The position numbers and the translations under genes are program-made. Below, piece after piece: positions 29,614-41,285 of a stretch of 64,000 nucleotides of DNA. The notes under the pieces are model-generated. The model was not told the origin of the DNA. It did not search any database and saw nothing but the letters and a program-made list of their open reading frames with translations. The stretch is from Amoebidium appalachense (taxonomy: Eukaryota > Protista > Ichthyosporea), in assembly GCA_963693365.1 (NCBI GenBank), contig CAVNZM010000008.1:7574830-7638829 (forward strand). The letters are read 5' to 3'. Each line of letters starts with the position of its first letter. Positions within the stretch are counted from its first letter, which is position 1.

Positions 29614-29669
<56 letters not shown>

Positions 29670-30242
29670 GCCGTCCGTGTCGTCCGCCCTCCTCCTTCTC
29701 CTCCTCCCGTCCTTCACCTTCCGCAGCTGCACGATCTGCTGCGCCGGCCTCAGGATTTTATGTTTTTTGCGCAAATGGTTACGCAAACTGTTCGCCCCCG
29801 TATACTTTTTCTTGCATAACGGACACTCGTCGCCCTTTGTGTTCTTATATTTCATCCCTTTTGTCTTTGCCGGTTTCTTCCCCGTTGCCAAAAGCGCCGG
29901 TGTGAGCTCGAGCGTGATCGGCGCCAATGAACCGCACCCCGTAGTTTCCATCTCCGTGTCGCTGTCCGGTGCATCGCCCAACCGGTTTCCGGTTTGTTTT
30001 CCCGTATTCAAACTTTGCACAGAGCTGGGTGAGTTGTCAATATCCTCCCATTCGAGGCTACCTTTTCGTGCTGTAGGAAGAGAAAAGTCCGCCTTTGCCC
30101 TTGGTTCGTCCGGGAGTTCTAGCTGCTGTGCATGTGCTGCGATTTCCGTAAGGAAACTTAAGTCGATTTCCGATAACGGCGGTTCGTCGCGAGAGAAACT
30201 CTCTTCACAGGCTGAAAACAGCCGGTCTTTCTGTTGCGACAT
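27565..30242 (-). CDS. Single C2H2 zinc-finger protein, paralog 2; exons 30242-29668 and 28392-27565, with an apparent 1-nt frameshift near 27660-27720
   Basis: [22 protein letters not shown] finger. Phase-2 donor GGCAG|GTGTGT and acceptor CTAAC...TTTTATGCAG|G join in frame. The shifted frame ends [22 protein letters not shown], homologous to the C-terminus of paralog 3. Confidence 0.78.
28929..29616. mobile_element. 688-bp TIR element (MITE-like) inserted in (CA)n inside the intron of zinc-finger paralog 2
   Basis: Perfect 15-bp TIR TGATAAGTCGACCGC/GCGGTCGACTTATCA; three subterminal palindromes (G)AGCCAC-N4-GTGGCTC; flanked by CACACA on both sides. Confidence 0.8.
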
Positions 30243-31778
30243 GATGGCTTGCTGTGTGATTACTGCTATATAGACAGGTACGCCGTTACTATGTCGTGTC
30301 AATGTTGTAAGTGTGGAGGACAAAAATTGGCAGAGTGCATTTTTCGCTGGCGGTATGTCCGGGAGGTTGTTTTCTGTTTAACGTTGTTGCTGGGCAGCGT
30401 TTGTGGAATCAAACATTATTAAACTATATTGTGTTCTATAAGTTCGAATAATCTGTGTCCACAAACGTGTTTCAAGTGTGTATTTTGCTGGCTGGCCAAC
30501 TATACTTGTGTCGACGTCGTCTGCTATATTTTCGGGGGACAGAAAGTGTGTACTTGACGACTCAGTGCAGGACTCGAGTGTGTATCGTTTTGGTGGGTTA
30601 TCTAGATCTATGGTTTCCGTTTTTTTATTATACAATTTAGATTCGAATCGAATAGAAAAAGTAATAAACGAGCTAAGGAAACCATGTGCTAGTAGTATAC
30701 CTTCGAAAGTAAAACGAGTGTGTTGTGTGGTTAGACACGCGTTTGGGTGGCACCAACCGGCCCACAAAAGTAGCCCGAACTTGTAGCGTCGATCCTACTT
30801 TTATCATCTGGCCCTATGCCATCTGAGGGTTTGATAAGGCGTCAAACTCATTTGTCGACGCGTGGGCGGCGTGGCCTCATTAACGAAAATAAGTAAGCAA
30901 ATAAAAAAAAAGAGTCAAGAGAACTTTTGGTTTTTGCAGGGGACGTGCCCAGTGTCCACCGTGTGAGATGACAGAAGTGCAAACAAATGGGTTCGCTGCT
31001 GACCAATCAGATTCCTACTTTTCTTGAAGCGAATCAAGTGGCACGAACAATTACTATATTAGCTGGAAAAGCGCACTCCCTAGAGTACCACTGAATGTTC
31101 CCATAATGACAAGAAAGCAGCCTCGGAAGGGAAGTCGCTGATATATACAGATAAATTTGTCTTGAAAAATTATAAAAGTAAGTTTTAATAACTTTATTTA
31201 TTTATCAAAGCACATATGCCGCAAGCGACCACCGCGGCGACGCGGGCAGCATGGCTCTAAAATGCATGTGATATGACATGTTGCCTCACTTGGTCTAGGA
31301 GAACGTCCTATTTTTCCTATTCTAAAGATCTCTCCAAAATCAACATTGATATGATTGGTGCATCTATCTGAATAGTGACTGAATAGTGACGGCATAAGTG
31401 CGAAAACCAATGTTGATTGGCTTATGTCACCCAATGACGTCATTCATTTCGCACGCGCCAGCGCCTGGCCGGACCTCGGGCGCGCGGACCGGCGCGGTGC
31501 ACTAGTTGTGTGCCGTTTTAGTCTTGCACACATACATGGCATCGTCTTTTTTACTATATCAAAAAAAGTTAGCGTGAACTAATAAATATATATAAATATA
31601 TATCATATATATTATATAAATATACAGCGAATTTAGATGCCTTGTTTTCATGTAGATCCGTAGCCCAGGTTCACGCCGTTTGGTTATCTGTACGAGTATC
31701 GCGATCGACCGTACCTGAGGCTAGCTATTGAGACGCTTCACGTGGGGGCCAGAATTTAGATAATGGGAATCTAGATCA

Positions 31779-31851
31779 TTTTTTTTCTTTTGACTGGATT
31801 TATTCGACGGAAAGATATGCAAGTATGCACGGCATACTGAGAAGACAATAA
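31779..31851 (-). repeat. Second copy of the A-tailed retroposed fragment, with AATAAA before the A tail
   Basis: Reverse complement reads ...ccgtcgAATAAAtccagtcaaaagaaaaaaaa and matches 20490-20567. Confidence 0.75.
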
Positions 31852-31965
31852 TTAGCGTTAACAAATGTCCACTCCGATCGATCGCTTTAAATTTCATGCA
31901 TTCCATCGGGGTCTAGAATCTGGATGCCCCTCTTCCAGATGTCGCAATCTGGAAGAGGGGAGGGG

Positions 31966-32561
31966 CAGGGATGTGTCGGGTTGGGTCGACCCGAGAACCA
32001 ACCCGGCCGGGTCGGCGTTACCCAACCCCGACCCGGGGCATTTTTGCTCAAACCCGGTCGGCTTTATGACCCGGCGGGTCAGACCCGTACCCAGCCCGAC
32101 CGATAGCTCTGACCCGGTCAGTTCCCGTCGGGTCAGGTCAAAGCATGATATAATAACCATAATAAGTAGGTAAATTTGGATTGATAATTGGTTTTCAGGG
32201 ATTGCACAGTGAGCTAATAACAATACAGTATTTTAATCATGTCCATATATGGTAGTATAAACATTGCCGAGGCATAGTTAGCTACAGCAGTAGAGTACTG
32301 AGGCTAGGCTAGCGCTTTAATATAAAAAGAGAAAGAAAAAGAAAAAGAAAAAAGAGAGAGACAATCGTAACTGCTGTGCACGTTACGTTGTGTTTGCTTT
32401 AGTCACCACTACCAACCTCTATATAATCAAGTAAGCCGCAAGCACACGAGCACTGTCTGTTCACATGTAGACACCATGCGTGGAAAAGCCACACACACAC
32501 CGCGAGCACATGTGCACACACAGCACGCACGCACGCAAGCATATCACACACACACACACGT

Positions 32562-32601
<40 letters not shown>

Positions 32602-32801
32602 ATACATGTCCACACGGCCAGTCCGGGCGAACACCCGAGGTTTTCGCATTTGGTAACCCGCGGGTCAACCCGATCATAAGGGTCCAAGACCCGAGAACCA
32701 ACCCGGTCAGGAGCGAAAAAAAGACGACCCGGCCCGAGATCCACCCGGCCTTTGCGTAAACCCGCCCGAGACCCACCCGGCCAGTGACCGACACATCCCT
32801 G
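31966..32801. mobile_element. hAT-superfamily MITE (836 bp)
   Basis: Perfect 14-bp TIR CAGGGATGTGTCGG/CCGACACATCCCTG; perfect 8-bp TSD GGGAGGGG (31958-31965 and 32802-32809); many subterminal ACCCG/CGGGT motifs. Confidence 0.92.
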
Positions 32802-34301
32802 GGGAGGGGGGTCTTCCAGATGTCTGGAGCCAATCTAGAAATTAAACTGATTTCCGATTGGTCAGCTGCATTTTGTCTAGACCAATCAATGCCCTTATTG
32901 AAGATCATTGGTCTAAAAGGGGCTTTTTGCATACCTGTGCTATGCTGTAGTTTCTGTCTTCTGTTTTGTCATGAAGTTTTCAGCGATACTTCTATAAAAA
33001 CCTTGAAAAAAATATTAATATGCATATTTATAAGCTTATAAAATATTTATCACAGTCTCAGTGTTAAGTTTTTACATTTATATATTAAACAAAGCAAGAA
33101 ACAAAAATAAAGCGACAAGTGTTGACAAAGGACACTAGCGGGCAAAACCTTAAGTGTACGTGTATGCGTGAAACTAGTTTGCTCCAACTAGTCATATGCA
33201 TCGATGTTGACCAGACCACACTCCGCAAGAAGACATCATTACTGCTGCTTCCCAACAGGCCCCCCTCAAAACCTACCGAGGCACAGCAAGCAAGTTAGCC
33301 TCTAAGAGAGCAATGCAGACCAAATCTGAGCTAAAAAACAATCCCAACGGGCCCAGCCCCTAGATAACCCGGAGAAACTGCATCTAGCTCTCTGATAAGG
33401 TGGCCTAGTTGTGGCAGGACACACAGAAAAACACAATAATTACAGAATGCATGCAAGCAAACCCGGTCATTGCCATACGACTGGAGGCTAAGGACTGGCA
33501 GTCACTTGGAAAGCTCCCCGACGACCAAGTAGCCGCCCCTACACTCACGCAGCGCAGAAGTAGATGAAGAAGTTGCAGCAGCCCACCGCCAATAGGTCGC
33601 GTAGAAGCGTAGACAGCGTGTAGAAGTTACCATAGGTTGCAGTGGACCACCAGGCGTTGAAGAAACCACTTCTCAAGCGAGAAACTCCGTGATAGGGAGA
33701 TGCCCCCACACTCTCACAGCAATAGGAATACACCAGGCCACACCACACACACGCTGCAGTCATGTTCCCCTGAGTGGGACTCCCTCCCACCACAAAAAGA
33801 AGAAACGAAGGCCTTTATATACCTGCCATGGTGAAGAATCGGGAAAAAAAGTTGACGTGACAGCTAAGAGATCGAAGTGAAAGTGAAGTAATTGACACTT
33901 ATTTTGATCAATTTGGGGCTCATTGAGGCTGCCGGTAGGACAGGCCAGGGATGTACCCTAAGCCATCACACAATCGCCAATGGTCCGGCCAGGAAAAATA
34001 TGACAGGAAATACCATGCGCACAGTGACATTATATGGAATGTTTACGGCGATCGCTGATTGGTGAGCGCATTTTGTCAGCAGCATGATCATGGTCTTGTT
34101 AACCGTCAAGCGGTCTTTGTTACATTTTCGTTAATCATCGTTCAGGCTTTGAAAATAGTTCCCAAGTATTTATTTTTTTAAAAAAAAAAAGTCCACATCC
34201 AATCAATCCATTCCCGACCAATAGATTATGTGTCTGTTCTGAATGGTAGTTTTATTGGTTGGACCAGGCAATAACTTTAGATTGTGTGTTCTCATTGATG
34301 C

Positions 34302-34793
34302 ATCTAGTTATGGCGAACTACCGCGGCATCATCCTTTGCGGCTCCCGCCAAATCTGACCACCCCACCCGCGAACCAAAGGCTTGGCACGTGATCGCTGCG
34401 GATTTAGTGTCGTTGGGAGAGCAGTTGGCCAAGGTATTCTTCGTAGCGTAGGAGTGCATCTGAAAAACGATGTGACAATTGGTTGGGATAAAAAGGATCT
34501 GTTAAGATGTCCTGGTTGCATCTGTGAGGTTTGGTGAGAGCTAGGACATTTCAATGCAAATTCTTCTGGTCGTGCACGTGTTTGGACGGACTGTGGTATC
34601 TAGTTAAGGCAAATTACCGCGGCATCATCCTTTGCGGCTCCCGCCAAATCTGACCACCCGCGAACCAAAGGCTTGGCACGTGATCGGCAACTTATCAGGG
34701 TTGAGCCATCACACGATCACAAATGGTCGGGCCAGGTTTTTGTCTGAACTCATTCACCAATGGAATTACCGCAGCGTTATCCTTTGCGGCTCC
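34302..34793. repeat. Dispersed ~90-bp direct repeat (34302-34395, 34598-34686, partial 34764-34793)
   Basis: Core taccgcggcatcatcctttgcggctcccgccaaatctgaccaccc...gcgaaccaaaggcttggcacgtgatcg is repeated. Confidence 0.85.
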
Positions 34794-34860
34794 TTATCTA
34801 GAATTCCAAAGCAGATTCCTAGGCTCGCCGCTTAAGCAATAAGACGATCGCCGCCGGCCC

Positions 34861-35960
34861 TGTACACCAATCGTGTGCGGACATTAAAAACGTCAAGTCC
34901 CACACGGCACAGAATCGCGGAAGGGATCCAAAAGCAATCCGGTTCCACAAATCGGACTATCTGGTCCAATCAATAGGCCCAAAATCTGCGAATTGTTATG
35001 GAACTGCTCCAAAATAAGCGAACATAGCACCAGGACATGTGTCCGCAAGTGCATGATCATGCTATATTGTGAAAACACGTGTGGTTATCATGTGCGGATC
35101 ACCAGATCACCAAGTGTCACTCTTGACACGTGACCTCACGTCCACACGTGACTATCATGTGCGGATCACCAGATCACCAAGTGTCACTCTTGACATGTGA
35201 CACTCGCGTCCACACGGCGGACGCACCGTCATATCATGTTTTGGCACAAGCGGTTCAATGATCTGCGTGCGGCGGCATCTCGTGTGTCACCCGCCGGCAG
35301 ACGACTGCGCACGGCACTATATTGTGCATCTAATGTACATCAAGAGATTGAGGTAGACGGGCTCCGTGATTGGACTAGCAATGTACTGCTGTCCAGATCA
35401 GGCTCGGGTAAGTGAGTAACGGCCCTTGGCTGAGATCCCCAGTGGCACAATTGCCAGTGTCGTCATACAATATGTGGGAGAATCGGATCCAAAGGGTATA
35501 AAACAGCACACGCAAGCAAGACCAGACAGAAGTTCATCACCACTTCTTCAAGACAAAGTACTTCTACAGATCAAAGTCTGCTGTGCCGCCGTTACTAAGG
35601 TTGACACCTATACTGGTGCTTCATCAACCCGCTCTACCATACAACACCTGTTGTTTTCCTTCCCTCTACCCTTTATTTCTAGCACGGCTACGGCTGTGCT
35701 CTACCCCTCTGGCCGCTTATGCTAAGGGTCCTTTTGGCTGTAGCTGCCTAGCTCGCCACACGTGTGCTTGGTGCCCCGACCCTAGACGGTTGGAGCAGCC
35801 ACCGACGACGGTGCCCTGAGTCTAAACACCTCGGGCTACCTATGCACACTTACACACGCCACACAATGAAACACCACATATATACATCATTGAGTGCAGT
35901 GGTCTTTGAGTAGGTTGGGGCCCTGGACAGCGGCTAACACATCACTGTGAATTGGTGTGA
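34861..35960 (+). mobile_element. Putative 5' LTR of the Ty3/gypsy element
   Basis: Starts TGTACACCAAT; ATTGGTGT inverted match near 35951; 67-bp tandem duplication (35086/35153) as often seen in U3; TATAAAA at 35497. No second LTR is available to confirm the boundaries. Confidence 0.35.
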
Positions 35961-36156
35961 AGGCGTGCCTCCCAACGAAAGTCTACTACTTCATTCTTTG
36001 ATAAGCACACACACACACGTACACGCGACGCGTCACGGTGGTTTTGCGCACTTGACTAGGCTCCGCTGAGAATCCTTTTACATCCCTCTTTCGGGGCAAT
36101 ACCCGAACAGTCTGAGCTACACCTAATTTTCGGCCACGGCATAGTCTTTTTGCGCA

Positions 36157-38464
36157 ATGTCATATTCACAGCGTCGCAGCTACCGCGTCAGCGATTCTCC
36201 TGAGGAGGAGTCAGACAACCCCTACGCACCCACGTACGACGGACTAAGTCACTTTGACAACGACAATGGAGGAAGTGAGTCCGACGGTTACGCTGACCGT
36301 GCGTCAGACGGCAGTCATGATGCAGGCAGACACGGTGCATACACACCTAACAGCGCTGATAGTTCTGATGAACAAGACAGAGAGGAGTCCGTTCAAGTTG
36401 GTGAGTGCGCTGCAGATTCAGAGGTGGTACTGTCTCCTGCAGGCAGTGGCATACTGGACGAGAGTGATGAAGACCATGAGTCTCGGGACGGAAACCGAAC
36501 ATCACCAAGCCCTCCAGTCAATCGACGTCGTCGCCAGCGTGATACAGAAAATGAACGGTCACCTATGGACGACACAAGTGATTCTGAGCACGTACGCCCC
36601 CCCCCCGCTGCACGCGCACCTCTCGGTGGTGTGTTCTTGCCCCCCTTTTCCGGTCGCGACATGCCCACACCTGACAGACTGGACAACACTGCGCCTGGCG
36701 CTGATAAAGGCCCACGAGTCAGGTTCAGACCTAGTGCAGCTGATGAGAACGATGGCGACGGAGTAGTACAGAACCCCGCACCAAACGACAACCGCGGCAG
36801 ATCACCCGTTCGGGGCCCTCGCTCTGACACACGCAATGACAAACATGGACATCGCTCTACGGAGCGTTCATTGGCCAACACCGACACTGACATGGCGCGA
36901 CGTGAGCAATACGACAAAGGCAAAGATCATGTGGGCACAACACCCCGCCTTTCGGACCCTCACAGAGTAATTCCTGATGATCCCACCGTGACGTGCCTGC
37001 AGCTGTGTTACCTTCTCCAAGCCGCCAAAGAGCACATGATGTTCGAAGATCCGCACGCGCCCAACCACGGCATGCCCAAGGTTGGTCCCAAGGGGACATG
37101 TGACCAGTCGACGGTGGTTTTTGACATGATGTGGCGCTGCCCCGACAACTTGTGGCACAAGTGGCACAAGGGTGCAGAACGGGCTTTTTCGGAGGTGTTT
37201 GTTAAGCACCCCAAGAAATTTCTTTTTCTGATTACCCGTCACTACCTCACCGAGAAGCAAGTCTCACGTCTATCTCTGAACGACGCGGTGGCCCGCAGTA
37301 TGGACAACAGAGACTTTATTGACGACACCATCTTAGTTGAATGGATGCCCTCGCCACGTGTGCGGAAAAGCTCGGGCACAATGGGCACGCTCTGATCGCC
37401 AAGACCGACAAATGCAAGCTGAGATGGTTCGACGTGCATGGGAGCTGGCCGATGCTGCTAATCCCATGGAACTCGGCGGCACACCCGCCAAACTGTCCAA
37501 GCGCACAACCAAGCCACTTGCAGGGCCTGTTCTCCAAGGAGGATTCCTTCGGCCAAAAGCTCTCTAGCTTCACCGGTCGCGGCACGGCATCTGGCCTATA
37601 TGGCACGTCGGAACAGCGCGACTTCATCCAGCAACACATGCGCCATTTCCTCGATCTTTGTTCAGACTCAAGTACTTCAACGGCCGCAAGATCAACGGCC
37701 CTCTCCCACGCCAGACCAACAAAACGTTCAAACCAGACAAGGAGGTGTGGCCGGGAGTAGTGCAGAGCATCGCAGACCACGGTTTACCCCCCATGCCCGA
37801 CTTTTCCTACATCGTCGAGCATTGGCACAAGGAGCAGTACGGCAACACCTACGGCAACGGGGTCTATGCTGCATACCTCGCCGCTCTCGCCACCAAGTTA
37901 CGCAAAACGGGTGGCGACAACCCCCTGTCCCACGCCAATGTTGCAGCTGACTGTTTCATGCGTGGTCTCGCCCAGGTCAACGACAACAATGTCGCCGACA
38001 TGTTTGAGGCAATTACCAACGAGTACCGCACACATGATCGAGTGAAGTCAGCCCGCCAACGTCTCAGCATCCTGCCAGGCACCAACCACATCGGCAAGTT
38101 CCGTGATAATGGTGTTGAACGGCAGAGCATGCACCTGCGCAAGTATTTGCACACCCTCCTCACTGCCGCAATGATCGACAACCCGGCCATGAAGTGGTTC
38201 ACGTTCAAACAAATCCTCAACAATCACTTCAAAGACCAGCGCCCCACCATCCACTTCACCTTGGACCATATCCGGTTTCCCGTCGACCTCGCCACCGGCG
38301 AACCCATCGTCAACATTTCTAAAGAAGAATCACAACGCATTATCATCGACGCTCTCGTCACATTTTGCCAAGAAGTCCCGGCAGGCCCCCTTCCCCCCCC
38401 CGACCAACCGGCCCACCCCACCCTTCAAAGATCTGTGCGAACTGATTCCACGCAAGCGGGGTGA
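36157..38464 (+). pseudogene. Large ORF1 (gag position) of the Ty3/gypsy element, ~770 codons, with frameshifts near 37345 and 37660
   Basis: Three overlapping + ORFs (36157-37395, 37341-37760, 37658-38464) of non-repetitive, protein-like sequence directly upstream of pol; acidic disordered N-terminus; no canonical gag motif recognised. Confidence 0.6.
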
Positions 38465-38596
38465 TGACGACTCGGAGGCACCAGGGCGCGATTTTGTTCT
38501 TTGCAAGGTCTGCTTTGTGTTGTCCGCGGTAACTGTGTAATATATGCTCTATAACATTTTCTAACAAACACCCGTCCCCTCCCTCCCCCCCTTCGG

Positions 38597-41285
38597 ATGA
38601 ATATGACTACGGTCGGGCTCGGAATTTCGAACTTCGAAGTGACCACCAAAGGTCCTATCTTCATCCGACAATGGCCGCTTGAGCACAAGAAAATGCTCGC
38701 CGCTGTCGACATCGTCAACCACATATTCGATCGCAATGAAATTGAGGATGCGGATTCACCGCACAACACCCCGTGTTTCCTTGTGCCGAAACCGTCGGGT
38801 GCATGGCGATTTATTCAGGACCTGCGCGCGGTGAACCAGAACCTCCGTCGTGATGTGTTCCCGCTCCCTAACATGAACACGGAGTTAGACCGAGTGGCCG
38901 GTGCAAAAATATTCGCGAAAACTGATTTGTCCAAGTCCTTTTGGTTAAATCCCGGTGGCACCCTCCTGCCGCCTCTACACCGCCGCGTTCACCATCAACA
39001 ATTCCCACTACCAGGCAACGGTTCTCCCCATGGGCCTGTCCAACAGCCCATCCATCATGGCACGGTTTATGCACCGCATACTTAAACCCGTTGCACATCT
39101 GGCAATATACTACATCGACGACATCATCACGTGGGGTAAAACCCTTGCCGAAGTCATTTCCAACTTTGACCAGATCTTCACGATTCTCGCCGAACACGGT
39201 CTCAAACTCGACGCAAATAAAACCGAGATCGACGTCAAGGCGATTAATGTAAACAACTGTACACATGAACTGTACATGTTTACTAAAGAATGTGATCTAC
39301 TAGCACACGATTCGTGCTTTGTCATGAATATCACATAAATATTATGTCTGCACCAATAGGACTCACTCTGACCTAAGAATTGAACCATATATGGTTCTTC
39401 CGCTGCATACCACATAAACGATTTGAACCAATAAGAGGTTTGCATAAATAGGACAAAGGTCTGACTGGCTCGGACCGCACCAGAATCACGAATGGCATGT
39501 TGCCACCCGCGCTGGCCGCGGATGAACCAATCCTGGGCCTTGATCCGAAACCTGGGGGCTATATAACAAAGCCGTCCCAGTACGGGGATCACATCAGTGA
39601 AGTCTGAGACAGACTGAGTCGGCCCATAGTAAAAGCAACCTGGCCGCGTGTGCCTTTCTACCCGTTCTCTGTCTTTATTTTGATTCAGTTGTACTCTGCC
39701 TTATCCTAACTAGTCCAACTGTTTACAATTAAGGCGCTGGGACATATTTTAACACCAGAGGGGATTAAACCCGACCGTCCCTAAGAAGGTGCAGGCCATC
39801 TCTGATTGGCCGATACCATCAACAGTTAAGCAAGTTCAGTCTTTCCGCTTGGGTCTGTGCAACTATTTACGACGATGGATCCAAAACTTTGCCCGCCGCG
39901 CCGCCCCGTTACAAGCATACGGGAAACGCTCCTCCCCGCGACGTTTTACCCTCGACTCAGCTGCAGTCGCCGCGTTTGAAGACCTCAAGAACGCGTTAAT
40001 TTCTGCCCCTGTTATGTGCCTCCCAGATATGTCGCCCACGGGTGGCAAATTTGTTCTGCGCACTGATGCATGCAAAATTGCTGGTGGTGCCATTCTCTAT
40101 CAAGAGCAACCAGATGGCCAACTTCGCGTGGTGGCCTACGCATCACACAAGTTTTCTCCGGTCGAAACCCGGTACGGCACTTCAGAACGAGAGATGCTCG
40201 CACTCGTGACGGCAATCACCGACTTCCGTGTGTATTTATGGGGCAACGATTTTGAGGCTTTCACCGACCACAAACCCAACCTCACTATCCGCGGCACCAG
40301 CAAGATCGCGTCCGATCGAATCTACCGATGGGCGGCTAAGCTTCAAAGCTACTCGTTCAAACTCTTCTACAAAAAAGGGACTGAACTCACAGACGCCGAT
40401 AGTCTCAGCCGCATCGCCTATTCCGACTACGACGAGTACGACAAGACTGAAATGGAGAAGGAGATGGCGGAAATCGAAGGCCAGCCCCCTATGGTTGGCA
40501 ACGTCAACGTCAATACCTACGATGACCTGTTTCCCTCTCCACACACCGCCCCTCTGCCCACCCAAACACCGTGGCAGACAACCCACACGCAACATCCGTG
40601 GGCCGGTGCCGTCACAGTCCACCCATCACGTTTGCACACCAACCTGAGTCTGTCTGAGGGCGATCACGGTTTACCTGAGGCGACAGCGACTTCACTCGAT
40701 AATCGGCCTAAGCAAACAGTCGAAATCGCATTTACTGACGTGTACTGTTCGCGTCCCTACAAAGGGACCATGGTCGAAGTCCCATTGCACACCTTGCTCC
40801 CTCTGAACTCCAAGACCTCCACGAGTGCCTGCAACGACACCGTCAGAAGGCACGTGCCAACACGGGTGACTCGAGTTCGCCCACTGCTGCACAACCGCCG
40901 CTGGGCCAACAAGAGCTGCACATCAACGCAGTTACCGGGAGTGGTTATCAACGTGATGCCGTCATTGCTGCACAGGCACAAGACCCGTTATGTGCCGACA
41001 TCATGTACACGATTTCCACACCGGACCCACGTCGTGACAACAAGCGCCGATGGGCACGCGGAGGTCCGCAACGACCCGACTCTGACGTTACGATGGCTGA
41101 GTCTGACGAGCCACCACCATCCCCACCACAAACGCCAGCGTCTAGGCTATGTCAAAGACCCACGTTTAAGCAATGCCCGGCGCCGCAAGCTCGACCGCAT
41201 TGCCCGTAACTGCTTTTTGGACAATGGTGTTCTGCACTACTTTTCAACCGACTGCCGCAAGCTTTTTGTGCCCGAAGTGCCAAAA
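38597..41285 (+). pseudogene. pol: Ty3/gypsy pol (RT, RNase H, pre-integrase region): frameshifted, split by a solo LTR and truncated before the integrase core
   Basis: SPHNTPCFLVPKPSGAWRFIQDLRAVN, TDLSKSFW, LPMGLSNSP, YIDDII; after removing the insertion KALGHILTPEGIKPD; RNase H TDAC...EREMLA...TDHK...ADSLSR; ends FLDNGVLHY...KLFVP. Confidence 0.93.
39248..39727 (+). mobile_element. Solo LTR (480 bp) inserted into the gypsy RT
   Basis: TG...CA ends; perfect 5-bp TSD ATTAA (39243-39247, 39728-39732); TATATAA at about 39560; excision restores the RT frame DVKAIKALGH. Confidence 0.96.

Noticed and set aside
33545-33830. Short minus ORF with an upstream TATATAAA
   Set aside because: No homology or splice support; cannot be distinguished from TE debris.
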